DNA of 64,000 bases, from positions 806,001-870,000 of the forward strand of contig NW_025950341.1 of NCBI RefSeq assembly GCF_021028975.2, written 5' to 3'. Each line of letters opens with the position of its first letter. Positions within the stretch are counted from its first letter, which is position 1. Origin of the DNA: Sphaerodactylus townsendi. Lineage: Eukaryota. A program made the translations under genes and the position numbers. This document shows positions 13,230-24,421 of this stretch, one piece after another. Under the pieces are notes generated by a model, which searched no databases, had not been told where the DNA came from, and saw only the letters and a list, made by a program, of their open reading frames with translations.

Positions 13230-13479
13230 ATAATCTGAATTCACCCCAAAAATGCACTGTGCTAAGACATAGTCTGAAAATGCGCCCCCTGCAGGCCAAA
13301 ACGTGCCAAAACACCTAAAAAATAAAAACGCATCCAAATTTCTCAGATATTCCCAGAAATTCGGACACATACGAATCTGCAAGATTCGGAATTCAGTTGA
13401 TCCAAATCTATTAGTCCGAGAAAAATCCGAATCAGCCTGAATTTTTCTGGTATCAACCAATTCTACTAGTGCACACTAG
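13230..13479. mobile_element. hAT-like MITE terminal fragment carrying the end of the shared palindromic module
   Basis: CCGAA/TTCGG subterminal repeats, ends TGCACACTA; TGCGCCCCCTGCAGG...AAAACACCTAAAAAATA shared with 43259-43300. Confidence 0.55.
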
Positions 13480-14733
13480 TTCTGTTTCACTACCAGGTTT
13501 ACAGAATGCCTCCCCAATCATGACCATCCCCACCCACTGTATTGTGTCATTTTTTCCCCATTGTGAGCATGGCTCCCAGCAAACAGATCAGGCTGCTCTT
13601 AGACATATAGTCAATGACTAATCGATAGGTCAGCTCATTAGAATATGGCCTCAACGTCTTGTTTACATACAAACGGATAGTTAATACTTTCATGACTGGT
13701 TGTGACATACACTTGTAATTCCCAACAACTGCCCAACTCGAACTTGATGACAATGGGCATGTCTGACTCTAGTATTTCTCTCTCTAAGTCCTTTACCATA
13801 CTGTGCATTCAATCCCTGTCCTGAATCTCAAAGCCATCTCTCATTGGTAGAAGCCAAGTCAATAAGCACCTTCTCATAATGAGCAATGTGTAATTCTAAT
13901 AGAATTGCTCCCATATAAGTTTACTGAAATGAGTGCTTTTAGACTTGAATATTCATCTTTGCATATAACTGCACTGTACATGTTTCCCGTTCCCCTACTT
14001 TTTTGAGCCACAGTGCAACAGAAAGTTTGATAGTGTGCTGTTAAGTTAAGCTATCACCTGTGCCCATGAACAGAGTTGTAATATAACTGTTCTAAAACTC
14101 CATGCAAGTGGCTATACAATGCAGATGTCCATCATGCTAAAGCACTGTTCCACCATTCAAAGTACACAAACTCCATGTGCACAAAGGGGAGTGGGGTAAT
14201 ATACCTGGGCCTTGCCCCAAATATCTATGTAAACAGGCAACTGCCAGGGGGAAGTTCCACAAATGTACAGGTGTAGACTTGGTGTGTGTGATCACTGCTC
14301 TTTGCAATAGTTCCAGATTCATGTACAAAGCCTACACTTGCATGCACATAACAAGATCTTTGGTATCCCCCGTTGCATCCCATATGCAGTTTTATGTTTA
14401 GAATCGTGGCAACACCTGCTGGAGTCAAGGCCATGGGTTGCAACCTTCAAATTTTGGGTCCATTTTTATTTTCATGCAGACTCATGTAGTTTATCTCAGC
14501 TAGCAATGCAGGAGCTTCTGCGCTCAAATTGGTGGCTTCAAATTGAAGCCAAAGTCCTTTCTCTGGGATTTACCTGGGAGTCTTTACTAATGCTTACTGC
14601 TCCTGAGTTATTTCCCCAGCTAAAAGCTAGACTATTTGAAAAGGAATACCAGTTTTTTTAAAGTAAAGCACAGAGCTCTTGTTCTACATTATTTTTTGGA
14701 ATTACTCCCCAGAAATTCTACCCTGCTACTTAC

Positions 14734-14853
14734 CTGGATCAACTGGTAAATTATAAACTTAGATGGGTTATGACCAGAGCAAGATGTAACTCCTTTCCCT
14801 CAGCTTTACTCCAAGGTGGTTTTTCTAATATTGCTCATCTTGAGCGACTCTTC
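14734..14853 (-). other. Candidate 120-nt non-coding internal exon
   Basis: Minus-strand acceptor CTTCTCTTTCTTTACAG| and donor CAG|GTAAGT; stops in all three frames. Confidence 0.45.
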
Positions 14854-15190
14854 CTGTAAAGAAAGAGAAGGCTTACTGCCATCTCTTGAAAAAGAAACGT
14901 GGGTTAGGATTTTGTAAAAGTGCATGAATGAATGCAGAAACACAAAACTTTTTAGAAAAATATATTTTAAAGTTTATTGAGGGCTGCTCCTGCTCAATAA
15001 ACAACTCAGCTGAAACTGAATATGCAAGATATAATTATAACAGTTTAAAACATTCAGTAGCATAGCTTTCCTTACAGCCAATGCAAGCAGAGAATAACAA
15101 TAAATATTACTGATAAAACTAACTGGCAACAGTTAACAAGTTGAAAATACTTCAGATAACAGGACTCCACTCCACTCAGACCTATTGTGA

Positions 15191-16396
15191 GTGCAATTGG
15201 ATCCCCTACATATGATTTGGCAAAGTTTCTGGCCACACAACTACAAATCCATATTGGACTTACTACACATTACATTAAGGACTCGGCTCACTTCATTGAA
15301 AAAATCAGCAATCCAGTGGGATAATGAATACTATGAACAGAAAGATGGGGTAGTCATGGGTAGCCCTCTTAGCCCTGTAATAGCGAATTTTTATATGGAA
15401 CAGTTTGAGGAACAAGCCCTGGAAACAGCACCAAAAAAGCCCACCATATGGTTCCGTTATGTGGATGACACATTCACCATTTGGAGCCACGAAGAAGAAG
15501 AACTAAACAAGTTCCTGGACCATATCAACAAGATCCACCCGAACATCCAATTTACTATGGAAAAAGAAAATGAAGGAAAACTGCCATTTTTATATGTTTT
15601 AGTCATCCACAAACCAAACCAGCAATTGGGCCACACAGTATACAGAAAACCTACGCACACAGATAGATATCTACACAAAAACGCCAATCATCATCCAGGG
15701 CAAAAAAGGAGCACCATAAAAACTTTGGTAGATTGCACAAACAGAATTTGTGAACACCACCTCCTTCAAGATGAATTGAATCACCTAAACAGGGCTCTAC
15801 AGGCTAATGGTTACTCTAATACAGAAATCAGAAGGGCTGCAAGACCAAGAACAAGCCACATGAACAAAAATAAAGAGCCATCTAGAGGGAAAGTGTTCTT
15901 ACTATACATCAAGGGAACCACTGACCACATAGGAAAACTGATGAAGAAGCATAACCTACAAACAATCTACAGACCCACTAAGAAAATTCAACTGATGCTA
16001 CATTCAGCAAAGGATAAGAGGGATCCTCTAGCTACTGCAGGAGTCTACCGCATACCATGCAGCTGTGGACAAGTCTACATAGGAACCACCAAACGCAGCG
16101 CTCAGACACGTATCAAAGAACAGGAAAGGCACTGTAGACTATTTCAGCCAGAAAAATCAGCAATAGCAGAACACATGATAAACCAACCTGGACATAGAAT
16201 ATTATTTGAAAACACAGAAATTCTGGACCACTCTGACAACCACTATATCAGACTACACAGAGAAGCCATTGAAATCCACAAGCACATGAACAATTTCAAC
16301 AGAAAGGAAGAAACCATGAAAATGAACAGAACTTGGCTGCCAGTGTTGAAAAATACTAGAGTCAAGACCAATCAGCTCCACACAAGCATAGGATGA
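15191..16396 (+). pseudogene. Penelope RT + GIY-YIG endonuclease ORF remnant
   Basis: About 360 aa open from ~15312; the first ~40 aa of the track ORF are off-frame, and an internal deletion near 15310 removes RT motif A. Confidence 0.88.
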
Positions 16397-16631
16397 CTAT
16401 AGACAAAGGAAACAAAGGCCAGGATACTTCTATTCAGATGCTCCCACCTATTGACCTTGCTATCTTCATTTTTACTCCCATGCTATAGACTTCATTGTTA
16501 CTCATACTTCTATTCAGATGCCCTCACCTATTGACCTGGCTGTCTTCTTTGTTACTCACAGACAATGTTTCTTCACCCACCCTGGACACTCCAACAGGTA
16601 TACATACTCCACTAGCTTTCCCAACATCAGA

Positions 16632-16674
16632 TCCTCTGAAGATGCCAGTCACAGATGCAGGCGAAACGTCAGGA
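16632..16674 (+). ncRNA. Minimal type I hammerhead ribozyme (PLE-associated)
   Basis: TCCT-CTGAAGA-T-GCC...GGC-GAAAC-GTC-AGGA: both core boxes, stem I, stem II and palindromic ACGT mini stem III. Confidence 0.8.
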
Positions 16675-16726
16675 GAGAATGCTGCTAGAACACGGCCATA
16701 CAGCCCGGAAACCACACAGCACCCAA

Positions 16727-16727
<1 letters not shown>

Positions 16728-16794
<67 letters not shown>
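16728..16794. repeat. (GTT)n microsatellite
   Basis: About 22 perfect units; forms the (AAC)n 3' tail/target of the adjacent R4-like element. Confidence 0.97.
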
Positions 16795-16969
16795 AGATTT
16801 CACAGCTGTCAGATCTTTAGCTGGTTGTTGACCTTCATTACAATTCGAGCCTCACCCAGAGGCCTAGGAAGTTGTAATGTATCGGCGTAGTATTCGTGCG
16901 GATCCCAGCTGGGCTGCCTTCTGAATTTGACAGATGTTAATTTTGTCAATTTGAAGATGTTTCAAGCAC
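16795..16969 (-). mobile_element. R4/Dong-clade non-LTR retrotransposon 3' end
   Basis: Minus strand 16969-16864 reads CLKHLQIDKINICQIQKAAQLGSARILRRYITTS*, matching the R4-type QKAALLGSARILR C-terminus; runs into the gap. Confidence 0.75.
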
Positions 16970-17097
16970 NNNNNNNNNNNNNNNNNNNNNNNNNNNNNNN
17001 NNNNNNNNNNNNNNNNNNNNNNNNNNNNNNNNNNNNNNNNNNNNNNNNNNNNNNNNNNNNNNNNNNNNNNNNNNNNNNNNNNNNNNNNNNNNNNNNN
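16970..17097. other. Assembly gap
   Basis: Run of N. Confidence 1.
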
Positions 17098-18347
17098 ATC
17101 CCCGAAGGGCTCAGTTTTAACTGTTGTGGGTTTTTTTTCTAATGCCTATTAAAGGTTTCTGAATCTTGTATGCACATAGTGCTCCCTAAATATTTCTGTC
17201 GGCTTAGACAGGCATCATCTACTTTGGACCCGGTAGTTGCAGTTCCATTCTACTCTATGTGCATATAGTTGCACATGCTTTGAATGACTGAACAGGGTGC
17301 ACAAGATTACATGGCACATAGACACTTAAGTCACAGTAATCTATATTAATCCATAATGAGAATAGAAAGGAAGGCCTTGAATTAAAAATGGATGAGCGGA
17401 AAAATAATGTTGTCAGCTGCTTTGGGTGGCTATTGGTGAGAACAGTAGGGTATACAGAAGTAATGAAATGGATTGCCCAGGCCCAGGATGCCTACTGACT
17501 GGAAAGAAGCCAGTCTAACATTTATTTATGCCTTTGGTATCTGTACATCAAGGTGCTATGAAAGGCATGACTAGAGTGGCCGGTTTAAAAGTTGCCAACC
17601 TAACAAGGGAATGATATAGGAATAATGGAGAAAGGGGGATTTGGTTTTATATTGAAGGAATCTAGTATATGTTTGTGTAAGCTGCAGGTATGAATTAGAT
17701 TGTTTACAAAGAATTGGTTAGGAAAAATTACAAATTTTGCTAAAAGGGAGGTAACTGTTAGAGAACAGATGCAAAGGTATCGCCTGTGCAAAACAGCTAC
17801 TTGCTGCCTTCAGCTTATTTAACAATAATTCTTTAAGATGCTCTCATTGCTCTTGTTCAAGCTGAGCAAATGTAGATCTGCAAGAACTCAACATAATAGC
17901 TCAGGCTAATGGAAAAGGGGCTGCGTGAGCTCCACATTCAACAGAGACTCTTATGAGTCCAAATAGCTTTATTGCAATTCAAAGAAAATATATGCCTCAA
18001 AATAGAATTTTTCATTTTCCTCTCAAAAACAAACCCACATAAAAATGCCTCTTATTCATCACCAGGAGAATTTCCTATTACAGTGCAATAATGAATGTAT
18101 TGTGTTGGGTCAAGTGATGAGGTTACTCACTCTCTAGTTTATTATTATCAGGAGTGGATGGTATCTTTAACTTCCCAGGGAATTGCTGCTTAGAATAGCT
18201 GCTGATGGGCAGGAGTGACTCAAGCCCCAGTGAGGTTGCCAGAACTGTAGGGACTGCTCTGTTTGAATCCAATTAGTCAAAAGGTCAAAAGGTTATGGTT
18301 ACCCCTATTCCATTGGGCAAGCCTATTCTCTGAAAGGCAGTTAAGGG

Positions 18348-18610
18348 AGTTAAGAGCAGTGGATTCTAATGTGAAGAACCAGGTTTGATTCTCCACTCCT
18401 CTACATGAGTGGTGGACATTTATCTGGTGGACAGAATTTTTCCCCCATTCCTACACATGATACCTGCTGGGTGACCTTTGACTTGTCACAGTTCTTCAGA
18501 ACTCTCTCAACCTCACAAGGGATCTGTTTTGGGGAAAGGAATTTGTAAGTCAGCTTGAGTCACCTTACAGAAGAGAAAGGTGGGGTATAAATCCAAACTC
18601 CTCTTCTTCA
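18348..18610 (+). mobile_element. Squam3-like SINE
   Basis: Similar to 12061-12396, including GCTGGGTGACCTT and TATAAATCCAAACTCCTCTTC tail. Confidence 0.8.
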
Positions 18611-19837
18611 ATTCTTATAACCACACCACTGACCAAGTTGGCCAAGTTGGCCAAGAAGATATTCCCTCAGGTTTCCATACAGATCAAGAGGGGGGGGGGC
18701 ATCTTAAGCAGAGATCTGGACTGAAGTGGGCCAGTGAAAGGGAGAAAATTACAGATGTCAATTACAAAGATGACCTCCAGTTTCACCAAGAAAATGGAGG
18801 GGACATACTTGGCAATGGACAGACTACAAAGAGCAAAGGAAGGGAACAAATCAAAGAGGTAACCAAAGTTTTGTGCCTGATCAACAGGGTAGAGATATAA
18901 TTTCCTGTCTGAAGATACTTGTCCTTGATGGCCAGGGTACTGGAGGCATTTGGTTTGTGTGATCAACAGCTGTTGTATATGTATGCATGAAAGAGAGAGA
19001 ATCTAAGTATAGCCAGTAATTGAGAAATAAACATGAGTGTTTGTTTTTCCTGATATCTGGTAAGAAGCATCCTGCTGGGGATGTTACTTTAAAATCTAGT
19101 ACACTCTGCCCACCTGTCCTCTAGTAATTTTCAAATATGCAGATATCATTAAAACATCATAGGTCTCTTCCCAAGAAAATTATAAAAAGCTTTCTACCAC
19201 TTACTGCCTTTCAGAGAAATGGAAAGCACAAAATAATATTACCAAAAGATGAACATACACACAAAACATTTCTTAGGAAAGTGCCAGGGTCCATGCAAAT
19301 CAGCATTCTATTTAAACACCACTGAATGTGTTTAATTGGAAGAGGGTATCTGGGCAGAGGGAAAGGTTGTTGTCGCATAAAACCATTTTGCCCCCATAAG
19401 TGTCTTCCACATATTTCTTTTCCCCCCCTGCACAAAGCAGGCAGAAAATCAAAGCAATAAAAAGGTAATTGGACACTACAGTAAAATAAATTCTAACCCA
19501 TTTATTTTACATCATATTAATGTTTCTGCTCAGGAGGGTAGTTAAAATTAACACGCTGGATGTTAGTGAGACAAAACTTTGGAACGCTAATAGGAAAAGG
19601 CTGTTTTGCAAACAGCTGCACAAACAGCATGTCGTTAAAAGGCAGTTCAGAGGTCAGGCACAATAAAGCTAAATGCAGAGTTCCCTACATGGCCGTTGCA
19701 ACCAGCAAATGCTACAGGAAGACTCAGAAGTTTCTGGGATGATTGCAAAGAAAGTAAGAAAACAAACAGCATGTCTGGTAGCCAGGAATAGGGCTGCAAT
19801 TTTTCAACCAGCCTTCAATACTACCTTTACAGTAGCA

Positions 19838-19937
19838 GATGGAGTGGGGTAGTGGTTAAGAGTGGTAGAGTCTAATCTGGAAAACTGGGTTTGATTCCAC
19901 ACTCCTCCACATGAGTGGCGGACTGTAATCTGGTATC
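19838..19937 (+). mobile_element. Squam3-like SINE head, interrupted by hAT element
   Basis: GTAGTGGTTAAGAG...GGTTTGATTCC head stops abruptly at CAGAGGTGTAGCTA. Confidence 0.75.
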
Positions 19938-20596
19938 CAGAGGTGTAGCTAGGGAAAATGAAGCCTGGTGCAAAATCTGAGTTTTCCACTCACCCCCACC
20001 TTTTGGGCTTTCACCCCTCCCCCACAACAAAATAATGACTTTTTTTTGCACCAGGTCATCTCAAAGTCACCATCACATTATAGAACATGCCCCAACTCAC
20101 AAATCTGCAAACACAGGGCTCCCTGGTTTAAACAACATTAAAAGTTATGCTGTCTCCTTTTCAATCTCCCATAAAGGGAGAATCGACCCCGAAACATCAT
20201 CACTTTCAATGATGATTCTCCTTTTAAATCCACTTTTAAGGGAGAATCTAAGCTCTCCAGTTTAAACAACATTGAAACATGATGCTATTTCGGGGAGGGG
20301 GGAGGATCGACCCCAAAACAGCATCACTTTCAATGTTGTTTAAACTAGGGAGCCCAGATTTACTGTAAGGCTCCCTAGTTTAAACAACATTGAAAGTGAT
20401 GCTGTTTCAGGGTGGATTCCTCCCCCCCTCCAAGCAGCATCACTTTTAATGTTGTTTAGACCAGAGAACCCAGATTCTCCTTTTAAATCCACCTTAAAGG
20501 GAGAATCTGGGCTCCCTAGTTTAAACAACATTGAAAATGATGCTACTTTGTGTGGTAGTTTCCCCCAAAAAACCTTAAGCATCACTCTTTCAATGT

Positions 20597-20895
20597 TGGT
20601 TGTTATGGGTTTTCCGGGCTGCGTGACTGTGGTCTGGTAGATCTTGTTCCTAACGTTTCACCTGCATCTGTGGCTGGCATCTTCAGAGGTGTATCATACA
20701 GAGAAGTCTGTTATACACTATGTCCAGACTTCTGTTATAACAGACTTCTCTCTGTGATAACACCTCTGAAGATGACAGCCACAGATGCAGGCAAAATGTT
20801 AGGAACAAGATCAACCAGATCATGGCCATACAGCCTGTAAAACCCTACCAACAAATCCAGCGCTGAATCCAGCCATGAAATGCCATCGTCAATAC
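20597..20895. mobile_element. Inverted pair of Penelope pLTR fragments nested in the hAT MITE
   Basis: About 120-bp inverted arms centred near 20725; ends GCCATGAAATGCCATCGTCAATAC like the other PLE termini; hammerhead motif on each strand. Confidence 0.82.
20649..20689 (-). ncRNA. Minimal hammerhead ribozyme motif
   Basis: Minus strand CCT-CTGAAGA-TGCC...GGT-GAAAC-GTT-AGG. Confidence 0.65.
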
Positions 20896-21371
20896 TTTCC
20901 AATAAATTTCTAATCCAGGGGAGTCAGATTCTCCCTTTACATTCAATTCAGAAGGGCGTGGACGAAAGGGAAAATCTAGAAATTCTGGAGGCTGCTTGTC
21001 AGGGGAGCAATTTTTAAGATAGAAGTACCAAAATTTCAGGCTATTTTCAGGAGACTCTGCTGACGATACCACCCAGGTTTGGTGAAGTTTGGTTCATGGG
21101 GTCCAAAGTTCCCCAGCTGGTAAGCAAGATGCACTGCAAATTTCAAAGGTATATTTCCAAATAATATTGCAGTAAAGAAAAGTAGTTTAAGAACATTTGG
21201 TTTAGCTACATTTTATATGTCACAATAATTCTGTATTGATAGTAGCATTTTTAATGCTTTTTTATATTGATTGCTATTTCCTTACTATGATTTTTAAATA
21301 TTTTAAGATGCTGTTAGTTGCCATGGGAACCAGTTTTCTGGCTGAAAAAGTACTATTAATGGTGTAATAGC

Positions 21372-21665
21372 CAGATAGGTGTACTCTAAATCCTGATAGG
21401 GAATCAGATTTGATTCCCACAACTCTGCTGCTTGAGCTCGTGTGAGGCTTATCTCGGTGAATTCATGGTTAGCCTGTGCACCTGTAACACATACCAGCTG
21501 AAGCTAACACTCTGGGCTGGGGTAGCTCTGAAATATGAGTTCTCTCAGCCCCACCCACCTCACAGGGTGTTTGTTGTGAGAGGGGAAGGGAAAGGAGTTT
21601 GTAAGCCCCTTTGAGTCTCCTTACAGGAGAGAAAGGGGGGATATAAATCCAACTCTTCTTCTTCT
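21372..21665 (+). mobile_element. Squam3-like SINE
   Basis: 3' half nearly identical to 12240-12350; noisy 5' half. Confidence 0.82.
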
Positions 21666-21689
21666 TATGGAAAATCCCAGATGTCCAGC

Positions 21690-21882
21690 CAGTGGTGGGA
21701 TCCAAAAATTTTTAATAACAGGTTCCGATGGTGGTGGGATTCAAATAGTGGCACCACCGCACACACGCACCTCCAGTCCCTATTGGGCAGGGAGGTTGCT
21801 TTAGTAACCCCTTCTCGGCACTCAGAAAAAATTAGTAACCACTTCTAGAGAAGTGGTGAGAACTGGTTGGATCCCACCTCTG
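21690..21882. mobile_element. hAT MITE
   Basis: TIRs CAGTGGTGGGATCCA / TGGATCCCACCTCTG; perfect 8-bp TSD TGTCCAGC. Confidence 0.9.
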
Positions 21883-22259
21883 TGTCCAGCTATTTATAGG
21901 AAATTAAATTGAACCCAAGCCAGCCTTCTTTTCTAAGAGTGACAAGCTACTTTAGCAAATCCCATGCAAAGTCTCATCTCAATGTAAAAGGTTACCAATC
22001 AGAGACATATAAAAACATAGTCCCACCCCCACCAAGCATCTGGTAATAGTTCTGAACTCCCATGACAAATAAGTTGTCTGGTCTAAACCAGATTGTCCTT
22101 TGTCCAAAAGGGATCAAATCTACCAGGATGTTCCACTGCAGAATGGAAAACAAATGGGTCATTCTAATGGAAATCCCAGAAGATCCCAGTGCTCTTGTTC
22201 TAGCAAGGTGTTACGATTTCTACCACATTAAGTAATAAAAGGATACTTAGGGTCACTAT

Positions 22260-22990
22260 CCACTCACCATAAGCCGCGGGGTCACCTCTTTAAAAGAAGC
22301 CACTTGGGGTCCTGGGCTCCCACATCTCCGGTCACTGCTGACTGCCGAGTTTACCTCTCTCGCCTCCTGGCTCGCGGCAAATTAGCTCCACGCTAAAGAG
22401 CAACTTTTAAAAAACCCAGCGGGTGCCAGCGGGGTTGTGAAACCCTCGGCTGTTCTTGTAGCGGCTGATTACGCTGTGACAGCTCCGGCCAATCAGGGAA
22501 CAGAAGCGCCATCTTGTTAAGTGGGGTGTCCCGTCTAAAGATCTTGGCGTAGTGATGGCGGTAGCCATTAATGGAAGCATCCAGTGAAGTCCGTCTTCCG
22601 CGTCTCAACTTGTTCAAAGCCGTGCCGAACAAATGGAAAAAGTAAACCCGGCGAGATGAGGGAAGTGCAAGAGGCGTGTGAACTGGCTTCTGCTTTCCGC
22701 TTCAAACACTGCTGATGGCGGTGTGGCAATGCTCACAGGCAGCCAGCGATTTACTACTTGGCGTGGCATGTGCCGGCGATCTTAATAGAGAGGCGCAATT
22801 GTACTCTTTGATGACGTTACTCCATTTCGTCGCGAACCTATCATAAACAACCTCTTCCCAGCCAATCACACTGGAGACCGCCCTCGGCTGGCCGCCCACT
22901 TTCGTAACTCGCGGCGCCTGCGTTAAATGACCAATCCCGGGCCTCCATTTCCCCTCATTGCAGCGGAACTCCATCTTTGCGCGTTATTTC
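22260..22990. promoter_or_regulatory. CpG-island promoter, probably bidirectional
   Basis: Dense CpG not attributable to a repeat; CCAAT at 22489, 22862, 22931; GC boxes 22878, 22892; YY1-like GCGCCATCTTG 22506 and GATGGCGG 22554, 22714; CRE-like TGACGT 22812. Confidence 0.8.
22268..22520 (-). other. Candidate first exon of a minus-strand transcript
   Basis: ATG|GTGAGT consensus donor at the island edge (exon ends at 22268); start position is a guess from the YY1 motif. Confidence 0.45.
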
Positions 22991-23814
22991 AGAATTGCAA
23001 GCGTGTAGGAACAAATGTCTCTAATGGTCAAACCAGGCTTTTCATTCTTGAGATTAGCAATGACGTTACCCAGTTTAATTAAGAATGCAAGTGGGTGAGT
23101 GACCTTAGTGTCTCAGAAAGCAAATGGTGGAGGTTCATGTACTTAGAAACAACGTCCTCGTGGATCAGAAGGAAAGCCTAAAGAATTTGAAGAAGTCTGG
23201 AGATCTTGTTTTGTTTTTGGTGAAGGATGTTACACATACCTAGATTCTGAAGAAAAAGGCAAAGGTAGTCGTTCTCAAAAATGATTTTATGTTCTATGTA
23301 ATCAGTCTTTACCTTCACATTTTCTCCTTTCTCAGGCACTACATTTTATCTATTTTAGTTTACTGTCTAGTCATCCTGCTGTACTAACCAGAGAAAACCC
23401 CACCCCTCATTAAATCCGTATTTTCATCTGAAGTTCTTCTTTTCCCTGTCAAACTCTGTTATGCCACATGAATGAAAGCATATCTGATTATTAATTAACC
23501 ACACATGAACCCAGGAACACTTTCATCTGCTTTTCAAGAGAGCCCTTTGCAAGGCTTAATAATCAAATCACTGAAATAGCAGAAGCCGGAAAAAATAGTT
23601 CTAATACATTATCAGCATGTTGTTGTTTTTCTCAGCTCAAAACTCCACTAAGGCATATAGATTCTCTTTCTCCCATTTACATCTGTTTTGTACTGGTCTT
23701 TTCCTTTGAAAAAAAGTTAATCACAGATATCTGGGTTGAGGAGGAAAGCCTCTTAATGAAATCAGCAACTGAGATCTTTTTATTTCTGGAAGTAGGGTAA
23801 GCTACCTTCTCTAA

Positions 23815-23955
23815 GGCTTATTCCGCACATGCAGAATAATGCACTTTCAAACTGCTTTCAGTGCTCTTTGAAGTTGTGCAGAATGGCAAAATCCATTCGC
23901 AAACAGTTGTAAAAGTGGTTTGAAAACACATTATTTTGCGTGTGCAGAAGAGGCC
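23815..23955. mobile_element. PIF/Harbinger (Tourist-like) MITE
   Basis: GGC...GCC imperfect TIRs, TAA TSD; inverted sister copy at 33136-33276. Confidence 0.85.
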
Positions 23956-24175
23956 TAAGAGAGACTGTAATGGAAGTCACCAGGAAACACTGCAGGAAAA
24001 TAATTCTTCCCTTTGTGTGCAGGAACAGAGAAATAATTCTCCCAAGTTATATTCTTCTCCTTTGGAGAACACCTCTCTGCATTAAACTGATTTTGTACCA
24101 TTTTCTCATATTTTGCTTACAGCAATATGGTCCATTTAAAAAGAATCCTCTATCTTCTGATCATCAGTATTCATA

Positions 24176-24421
24176 TAGGGCTGCCAACATTCTTTTACTT
24201 GTCCCCACCATTGTCATCTCCAGATTGAGACATCTCTAGAGTTTTGGGAGCCTGGGAAGAATGGGGTTTGCAAAGGGGACATGGCTCAGCAGGGTATAAT
24301 GCCATAGAGTCCACCCTCCAAAGGAACCATTTTCTCCAAGGGAACTGATCTCTGTGGTATGGAATTCAGTTGTAATTCTGGTAGAGCTCTAAGAACCACC
24401 TGGAATTTGTTTGGAACCCTG
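24176..24421. mobile_element. Short hAT-like MITE (AGGGTTGCCA-type termini)
   Basis: TAGGGCTGCCA start, CATAGAGTCCACCCTCCAAAG...GGAACTGATCTCTG body, GGAACCCTG end. Confidence 0.6.

Larger units (their letters stand above)
15160..16726 (+). mobile_element. Penelope-like retroelement (Penelope/Poseidon type), 5'-truncated
   Basis: PLRPIVS motif, RT motifs MGSPLSP and RYVDD, GIY-YIG endonuclease GVYRIPCSCGQVYIG, 3' pLTR with hammerhead. Confidence 0.95.
19938..21110. mobile_element. Truncated hAT MITE with alternating hairpin array
   Basis: Terminus CAGAGGTGTAGCTAGGGAAAATG is the reverse complement of the 43497-43519 terminus; internal AACATTGAAAGTGATGCTG/CAGCATCACTTTCAATGTT repeats. Confidence 0.8.

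Noticed and set aside
16495-16890. Poly-Cys ORF
   Set aside because: Translation of the (GTT)n microsatellite and the Penelope UTR.
20115-20600. CRISPR-like repeat-spacer array
   Set aside because: Vertebrate DNA; units alternate in orientation, spacers are not unique, no cas genes; lies inside a MITE.
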